Shown: positions 6,338 through 11,808 of the stretch, one piece after another
Layout of the letters: every line of letters starts with the position of its first letter
How positions within the stretch are numbered: the stretch's first letter is position 1
Source of the DNA: Candidatus Helarchaeota archaeon
Lineage (GTDB): Archaea; Asgardarchaeota; Lokiarchaeia; Helarchaeales; RDOG01
Assembly: GCA_029838215.1 (NCBI GenBank)
Contig: JALGVI010000093.1
Location: 1 to 11,808, forward strand
DNA length: 11,808 nucleotides
Direction of reading: 5' to 3'
Translations under genes and position numbers: made by a program
Notes under the pieces: model-generated
Seen by the model: only the letters and a program-made list of their open reading frames with translations
Database searches by the model: none
What the model was told of the DNA's origin: nothing

Positions 6338-8431
6338 TTAAGTGCTAATTTCTTCAACTTGTAAATTTTCGGTTTTTCGGAGTCTTTGGGACATTATTCC
6401 CAAAACATCAATTATCAAACATATGGAGCCATCTCCCGTAATTGTAACGCCCGAAATGCCCCTTAATCTGGAAAATTTCGAGGCAATTGGTTTGATTACG
6501 ACTTCCATCTGCTGTTTTAATCCATCTACGACCAAGATTGCATCGTTATTTCTTCCATTATTACACCAGATCGCTATTTTCGATGTTCCTTGCAATTCGG
6601 ACTCTTCATTTGATTGGTTACTCAACTCAAATATCTTATTCAACCAAATAACGGGAACTAATTTGTTGGACACTTTATAAAATTCGCTACCCTTCACGTA
6701 TTCTATCATTTTCCGATCAAAGAATGAAATTTTGTTGATATTTTCAGTCGGAATGGCGAAAAGATCTCCTGCCACGTCCACGAATTGTGCCTTAATTATT
6801 GCTCTAGTAAATGGAACTGATAAAATGAATCGTGAACCCACATCTTTTTTTGACATGATGGTCAAGGAACCACCCAAGTCACGTATCTTTTCGGAAACGA
6901 TTGCCAGTCCCATGCCCCGACCTGAAACCATGTCTACACCTGATAGCGTCGAGAAACCAGGAGACAACAATATTTGATGAAGAGCCTCATTGCTTAATTC
7001 CATTGCTTCTTCAAGTGAAAACAATTCTTGTTCGACAATCTTGTTTCGGATATCGTCGTAATTAATTCCTCTTCCGTCATCTTCTACTTCTATGAATACA
7101 GACCCCGCTTGTTGAAATGTTCTTAGTCTCACGATTCCCATGGGGTCCTTTCCTTTTTTCTTTCGCACGCTTGGGGTTTCTATCCCATGATAAATGGCGT
7201 TTCGGAGGAGATGTAGCATTGGTGATGAAAGTTCTTCCAGAATCTTCCGATCCAACTCTACAGATAATCCTTCTAAAATAAATTCTACTTGTTTTCCGTA
7301 TTCTTTCGCAAGATCACGTACCATTCTTCGATATCTTCTGAATGTAGACCCAACTTTCACTAATTTCAATTGAAAAATGATCTCTTGGATTTCGAGAAAC
7401 AACTTATCCATTTTCGTAAAAAGCCTGTTCGCATCCCAAAGTTGTTTTTCTTCAAGAATTTGATTAACCTGATTTTTTAAGATTATTAATTCTCCGAAGT
7501 AATTCATCAACCGTTCCAGAACTTCAATATCCACCTTAATGTCTGAAATTCTTTCGTCATCGTCGATACTGCTCATTCTTACACTGGTATTTGTCATGAA
7601 TTCTTCTTGAATGGAAAGGTCACTAAATTGACTCTTACCTGTTGCTTCGGATTTCCGTGATTTCGGTTCTTTTTTCTGATATTTCTGCATGTTCGTTTGA
7701 GATAATAGTTGATCGGGCGATGTTTCTGTAATGGCGAGGTTTTCAATTTCCAAGATTTCTTCTAATATGGTCGCAATGGTCTTGTCATCTTTTTCCGTAA
7801 TGAAGTATAATGAAAAGTCTGAACCATATTCTCCCATTTGCAGGATATCGGGATCGGGTTCACTATAGATGATATGGCCGATCTCGTTTAATGCTCTTAA
7901 AATGATGAATAATCTTACTTTTTTAAACACGCAAGTAGAGAGAATTTTGATATAAATCTTGTAGAACTTCTTATTTTTCTTATTTGCGATGAACTTTAAT
8001 TCATTTGGATCGAGAGGGGTTATCAATGCCTCTTCATCTTCGATCTCGAAATTATCAAACGCTTTTTTGGTGTTATTTAGTAATTCTTCATCCAAATCTT
8101 TAAAATTACCCTTCTTGAATTGTTTCAGCTTCGTGCGAAGCGTATCAAGGCTTGAAAATAATAAATTCACGAAATCTTCGGATTTTTCCTTTAATTCTTC
8201 ACTTTCTTTTGCCTTGTTTAGAAACGTTTCAAAGTGATGGCAAAACTGGGAGAGATTTTCGAGTCCAAACATCCCAGTCAACCCTTTTAACGTGTGAAAC
8301 GCAAAGAACAATTCATTTACAGCTTTAATATTTCCTGCACTTTCTTCAAAAGCCAAAATGGAGTCCTCTATATTTTGAATTAGGTCTTCAGTTTCGCTCA
8401 AGAAGAGTTTTGTATCTTCCTTACTAGGCAT
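6338..8431 (-). CDS. cheA: Chemotaxis histidine kinase CheA (P1-P2-P3-P4-P5)
   Basis: HPt motif FHTLKG (H46), P2-like segment, dimerisation IKVDIEVLERLMNYFGELII, N-box HLLRNAIYHG, G1 EDDGRGI, F/G2 PGFST..SGRGMG, C-terminal CheW-like domain ending GVTITGDGSICLIIDV. SD GGGGT 8 nt upstream. Confidence 0.97.
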   Translation of the reverse strand: MPSKEDTKLFLSETEDLIQNIEDSILAFEESAGNIKAVNELFFAFHTLKGLTGMFGLENLSQFCHHFETFLNKAKESEELKEKSEDFVNLLFSSLDTLRTKLKQFKKGNFKDLDEELLNNTKKAFDNFEIEDEEALITPLDPNELKFIANKKNKKFYKIYIKILSTCVFKKVRLFIILRALNEIGHIIYSEPDPDILQMGEYGSDFSLYFITEKDDKTIATILEEILEIENLAITETSPDQLLSQTNMQKYQKKEPKSRKSEATGKSQFSDLSIQEEFMTNTSVRMSSIDDDERISDIKVDIEVLERLMNYFGELIILKNQVNQILEEKQLWDANRLFTKMDKLFLEIQEIIFQLKLVKVGSTFRRYRRMVRDLAKEYGKQVEFILEGLSVELDRKILEELSSPMLHLLRNAIYHGIETPSVRKKKGKDPMGIVRLRTFQQAGSVFIEVEDDGRGINYDDIRNKIVEQELFSLEEAMELSNEALHQILLSPGFSTLSGVDMVSGRGMGLAIVSEKIRDLGGSLTIMSKKDVGSRFILSVPFTRAIIKAQFVDVAGDLFAIPTENINKISFFDRKMIEYVKGSEFYKVSNKLVPVIWLNKIFELSNQSNEESELQGTSKIAIWCNNGRNNDAILVVDGLKQQMEVVIKPIASKFSRLRGISGVTITGDGSICLIIDVLGIMSQRLRKTENLQVEEIST

Positions 8432-8462
8432 TTTTTTTTACCCCGATAAGTTGAAATCAAAA

Positions 8463-8858
8463 TTATTTTTTACCTTTTTTTGATGGTTTCATTAAATTGC
8501 GGTCGATAACTTCAAAAATTTGTTCGTCCTTAAATGGTTTGATGATAAAGTCTTTTGCTCCTTTTTTTGCAGCCTCCATTACGAGCGTTTCTTGACCCAA
8601 TGCCGAAACCACGACAATTTTCGCGCTTTTATCAAGCTCAATGATTTTCTCGATTGTTTCAATACCACCCTTTTCAGGCATGACTAGATCCATCGTTACA
8701 AGGTCTGGTTTCAGTTTCATGTATTGAGCAATGGCTTCATTGCCGTTGGCGGCTTCTCCAACGACTTCGACTTTATCGATCTTTTTAATTATATTTTTGA
8801 GCATTGTTCTCGTGAACTGTGCATCATCTACGACTAAAATTTTTTTAATTTCTGCCAT
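8463..8858 (-). CDS. cheY: Chemotaxis response regulator CheY (stand-alone receiver domain)
   Basis: ILVVDD, phospho-acceptor in VTMDLVMP (D57), VSALG, FIIKPF all intact; located between cheW and cheA. Confidence 0.96.
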   Translation of the reverse strand: MAEIKKILVVDDAQFTRTMLKNIIKKIDKVEVVGEAANGNEAIAQYMKLKPDLVTMDLVMPEKGGIETIEKIIELDKSAKIVVVSALGQETLVMEAAKKGAKDFIIKPFKDEQIFEVIDRNLMKPSKKGKK

Positions 8859-8867
8859 TTTAACACA

Positions 8868-8873
8868 CTCCTT
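8868..8873 (-). promoter_or_regulatory. Shine-Dalgarno site (AAGGAG) of cheY
   Basis: AAGGAG 9 nt upstream of the ATG at 8858. Confidence 0.65.
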
Positions 8874-8881
8874 TATCTCGT

Positions 8882-9412
8882 TTAAAGTTGGTGAATCAGA
8901 TCATCCTGCATTGAATTTTGCTCGGCTTCGGTAAGGATTTTTTTCAAATCCAGCCAAATTCGTGGATTATCCTTGAATTTCACGATTCCTCTAATATATC
9001 GAGCATCCGCACTCGTACGAATAATGGGATTCAGTCCAACGATGTCATTTACGCTGACGTGAACAACGTTAATGATCCGATCGACAAGAAACCCAACGTT
9101 TATTCCATTAACGGTAACTATGATGATGTGTTGTTTTATATTCTCATCATTTGAATCCGCAGATTCCTTAATTTTAACTTTTTTATGCTCATCGAGCTTT
9201 AATTTCTTGTTTAAATTTAAAACATGAACTATTTCTCCCCGATAATTGAAAATTCCATCAATATAATCCAAGCTTTGTGGAAGTTTTCTGATTTGCCCTG
9301 CGAGAACGATTTCCTTGGCGTCGTGAAGATCAATTGCAAATTGTTCACCATTAACTTCCATTAGTATCAGGGAGATTTGATTTCGCGTTTCATTCAATAT
9401 TTCTTGAGACAT
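8882..9412 (-). CDS. cheW: Chemotaxis coupling protein CheW
   Basis: FAIDLHDAKEI, LPQSLDYIDGIFNYRGEIVHVLNL, VGFLVDRIINV, YIRGIVKFKDNPRIWLDLKKIL are canonical CheW motifs. SD-like AAGGAAGTG 5 nt upstream. Confidence 0.96.
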   Translation of the reverse strand: MSQEILNETRNQISLILMEVNGEQFAIDLHDAKEIVLAGQIRKLPQSLDYIDGIFNYRGEIVHVLNLNKKLKLDEHKKVKIKESADSNDENIKQHIIIVTVNGINVGFLVDRIINVVHVSVNDIVGLNPIIRTSADARYIRGIVKFKDNPRIWLDLKKILTEAEQNSMQDDLIHQL

Positions 9413-9435
9413 TCATCCACTTCCTTTAATTCACG

Positions 9436-10272
9436 TTAAATTTTGAAATATTGTTCTAAAATATCATCAAATGAATCAAATACGGCAACATCGCCGAAAA
9501 AATTTTCAATTTCTTCCTTGAATTTTTCTATGAATAAATCTGCCACGTAATACATGTATCTTTTAAGTAAAGGGGTTAATTTACAAACTAAATATACAAA
9601 AATGATTTCTTTTTTTACAACTGTATAAAAAATATGGTTTCCAAAATTGATTTCCTTGAGTTTTGCTCCCGTGTCTTTTCCAATTATTTGTTCGGACATG
9701 GAAAAAATGGCGGAGATAAAACCTGCAATCAATGGTTCATCAACTTCGTTCACTAAAGTCCTCGAAAAGAATGGTATTCCCGTTTTACTGAGGATGTAAA
9801 TGGCCTTGACACCACCAATGCGAGGAACTATTATCGTTTCCTCACAAAAATCTCGAATTTTCGATAGCGAAGAATTCGCACGAAAAAGACTGCGTATTTT
9901 TCTTGCATGGAGATATAATCGGGAATAATCCCCCGTATCTCCTTTATCAAACATGTAAATGGCTATTAATTTTTCACCTTCTGAATTCTCAAAATAATTC
10001 ACGTATATGGTGAAATTGTCCAGGGGAATGAAAGAAATCTTGTGGTCATCGGACTTGAATTCTTGCTTGAAGAGTTCCAAGATGTTCTGAATCATGGGAA
10101 TGTCAATTCCTTTTTGAAATACCACGTTGAATCCTTTCGTAAAATTTGGTAACAAGATTTTTACCAATCCAAACCCCATGACTTCTAAAGTTCTTCCAAA
10201 CTTGGAAACCGTCTTCATCAATCCTTCTGTTTCGTGAATTTTATTTGTACTTGCCATTTTTTTCGACTCCAA
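9436..10272 (-). CDS. Longin-domain protein, probably two tandem longin-like domains
   Basis: aa 153-278 (VKAIYILSKTGIPFFSR...DEPLIAGFISAIFSMSEQI...LKEINFG...IIFVYLV...F..EIENF.GD...FDSFDDIL..YF) follows the sigma/mu-adaptin and Asgard longin pattern. aa ~29-150 has a predicted beta-beta-alpha-beta-beta-beta-alpha-alpha order compatible with a second longin. True start may be ATG 10257 (GGAG 10 nt upstream) rather than TTG 10272. Confidence 0.75.
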   Translation of the reverse strand: MESKKMASTNKIHETEGLMKTVSKFGRTLEVMGFGLVKILLPNFTKGFNVVFQKGIDIPMIQNILELFKQEFKSDDHKISFIPLDNFTIYVNYFENSEGEKLIAIYMFDKGDTGDYSRLYLHARKIRSLFRANSSLSKIRDFCEETIIVPRIGGVKAIYILSKTGIPFFSRTLVNEVDEPLIAGFISAIFSMSEQIIGKDTGAKLKEINFGNHIFYTVVKKEIIFVYLVCKLTPLLKRYMYYVADLFIEKFKEEIENFFGDVAVFDSFDDILEQYFKI

Positions 10273-10357
10273 ATCACGATTTTTTCTTCACGCGAATTTT
10301 GAGAAAAGAAGAAATTCATCGTGTAATGCACCTTCGTGTTGAATTTTCCTTCATTCT

Positions 10358-11257
10358 TCAGGATTTCCCTTTGGCATCATCTTCTTTTTCGAGACGTAGT
10401 GTTGATTTTAGATTCTCTGCCAATTCACTTAAACGACTTGCTGTTGCCGTAATTTCTTCCATTGATGCCGTTTGTTCTTCCGCTGAAGAACTGATTTCTT
10501 CCATTGCCGCAGACGTTTCTTGACTTGAGGATAACGCACCTTCAAGATCGGTTGTAATACCACTGATTAATTCCACCGTTTGTTCTATTCGGGTAATGAC
10601 ATCATAAACTCTCGAACTAGATTTAAGAACTGTTGATTTGGATTCTTCTGCGATGCTCGCGTTAAGAGCCAATAAATTCGTCTGTTCCGCAATATTTGTT
10701 ATGACTTCCATGACACCGCGTATGTTGTCCGTAGAAACCTTGACTTCCGTTGATAATGCATTGATTTGAGCCGCCGCCGCGCTAATGTCCGTCAACGATT
10801 TGACTTGGTCTTGGGTACTTGCTGAAACCTCTTGAGTTGTTTGTGAGATTTCCTCTGCTGAAGCATTTACTTCATTTGCACTAGCTGCCAACTCTGCTGC
10901 CATATTTGCAACACTAACGCTTGCATCCTGTCCAGCCATTACAACTGTAGATATTTTTTTCTTAAAGTTTCTAACCAGCTTAATTATTAACCAAATTGCG
11001 ACAATTATGAAGCCAACTCCCGGTGGAATCGTAATTATCGTGACAAATAAGTCATTATGCATCGTGCCAACATCAAAGATGACAAGGACAACTAAGATTG
11101 CTATTGCTGCTAACATTCCTGCTGCAATTTTAAATTCTTCAGATTTATAATCTCTTCCTAAAACAAAGTAAAAAACCAAAATCAGGAGCGGGATAAAGAT
11201 AGCCACTAATATGTAAGTGAAGCTAGGATCAAGATATAGTTGCAAATTACTCACCAT
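10358..11257 (-). CDS. Methyl-accepting chemotaxis protein with 3 predicted TM helices and an in-frame loss of the conserved hairpin tip (possible decoy or pseudogene)
   Basis: Hydrophobic segments at aa ~13-33, 43-61, 70-94. MCP motifs ELAASANEVNASAEEI, IAEQTNLLALNASI and EEQTASMEEITATA are present, but NASI joins directly to AEES with the usual EAxRAGExGRGFAVVAxEVRxL missing. Confidence 0.85.
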   Translation of the reverse strand: MVSNLQLYLDPSFTYILVAIFIPLLILVFYFVLGRDYKSEEFKIAAGMLAAIAILVVLVIFDVGTMHNDLFVTIITIPPGVGFIIVAIWLIIKLVRNFKKKISTVVMAGQDASVSVANMAAELAASANEVNASAEEISQTTQEVSASTQDQVKSLTDISAAAAQINALSTEVKVSTDNIRGVMEVITNIAEQTNLLALNASIAEESKSTVLKSSSRVYDVITRIEQTVELISGITTDLEGALSSSQETSAAMEEISSSAEEQTASMEEITATASRLSELAENLKSTLRLEKEDDAKGKS

Positions 11258-11468
11258 TATTCCATTTTTTTCGTATATTTTTGAAATTCTTTTTTTTTAA
11301 TTCTAGTTACTCACCTTGTTCTTTGATTTCATTGAAAGATGATCAAGGTAGTTTTGTAACCACGATTTCAAATATTGAAACCATATTTAGTTTTAAACCC
11401 TCGATTTTTGGAAGCAAAATGACAGTTCTTAATAGGAGGTGATTGAAAAACCAACTTCTTGGATGTGA

Positions 11469-11483
11469 TTTTTTTTTTTTTTT
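11469..11483 (+). repeat. T15 homopolymer in the intergenic region between the two MCP genes
   Basis: 15 consecutive T on the + strand, the longest homopolymer I noticed in the window. Confidence 0.9.
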
Positions 11484-11520
11484 AACAAAATGCAACCAAA
11501 AAGCCGGTGTTCTCATTCGC

Positions 11521-11808
11521 TTAAATCGTATTCTTTTTCCTTTTTATGAACCCAAGTTTCTCCTTTATTTTCTCATTGGTGGATTTTGTTTGAGAAAACG
11601 TCTGAATCTCCGTACGGACAAGCAAGTCTTTTAAATTCTCCGAAAGCTCTCCCAACCGGGCCGCTGTAGCGGTGATTTCTTCCATTGATGCTGTTTGTTG
11701 TTCTACTGAAGAATTTATTTGTTCCATTGCAGCCGAAGTTTCTTCACCTGCCGATAAGGCCCCTTGAAGATCCGCGGCAATATTTTCGATAAGCTCTACA
11801 GTTTGTCC
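11521..11808 (-). CDS. Methyl-accepting chemotaxis protein, C-terminal 95 aa only (N-terminus beyond window)
   Basis: Frame is open from 11808 (GQTVELIENIAADLQGALSAGEETSAAMEQINSSVEQQTASMEEITATAARLGELSENLK...), so the track's start at 11727 is an internal Met. 44/59 identical residues to the C-terminal arm of the adjacent MCP. Confidence 0.9.
   Translation of the reverse strand, partial: GQTVELIENIAADLQGALSAGEETSAAMEQINSSVEQQTASMEEITATAARLGELSENLKDLLVRTEIQTFSQTKSTNEKIKEKLGFIKRKKNTI

Noticed and set aside
10312-10346. AAATTCA/TGAATTT inverted repeat followed by a pyrimidine tract as a terminator after the MCP gene
   Set aside because: 7-bp almost all-AT stem with a 21-nt loop is too weak to call.
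992-10523. The plus-strand ORFs of 60-120 aa in the track (992, 1056, 2728, 3066, 3655, 4045, 4866, 5142, 5416, 6342, 6732, 7989, 8731, 8918, 10245)
   Set aside because: All lie antisense to well-supported minus-strand genes. Their F/L/S-rich composition is the mirror of K/E-rich sense codons, and none has a recognisable motif.
11443-11634. 63-aa plus-strand ORF next to a perfect SD motif
   Set aside because: The TTG start overlaps the SD with no spacer, the FFFF run is just the T15 tract, and over half the ORF is antisense to the MCP gene.
1-11808. CRISPR arrays, tRNA/rRNA genes, transposases or terminal inverted repeats
   Set aside because: None seen. The window is almost fully coding and the longest intergenic gap is 263 nt without regular spaced repeats.

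Overview
AT-rich window in which every credible gene is on the minus strand, forming one operon-like run. Transcription order: MCP (C-terminal part only, runs off the right edge) > 3-TM MCP lacking its signalling-hairpin tip > tandem longin-like protein > cheW > cheY > cheA > 1220-aa protein with a mu-homology-domain (MHD)-like beta-sandwich split by a ~570-aa helical/coiled-coil insert > protein with a degenerate PD-(D/E)XK fold > CheW-CheC fusion > a gelsolin-domain ORF (335 to <1) that is missing from the supplied ORF track because it runs off the left edge. From the longin gene onward the gaps are only 23-53 nt and most starts have archaeal-style SD motifs. CheC-type chemotaxis genes together with gelsolin, longin and adaptin-like domains point to an Asgard archaeon, probably Lokiarchaeia-like (inference). 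The main candidate novelty is a chemosensory operon physically interleaved with eukaryotic-signature actin and membrane-trafficking modules, with no cheF or archaellum gene in view. All domain assignments are by-eye motif matches from memory; no search was run.
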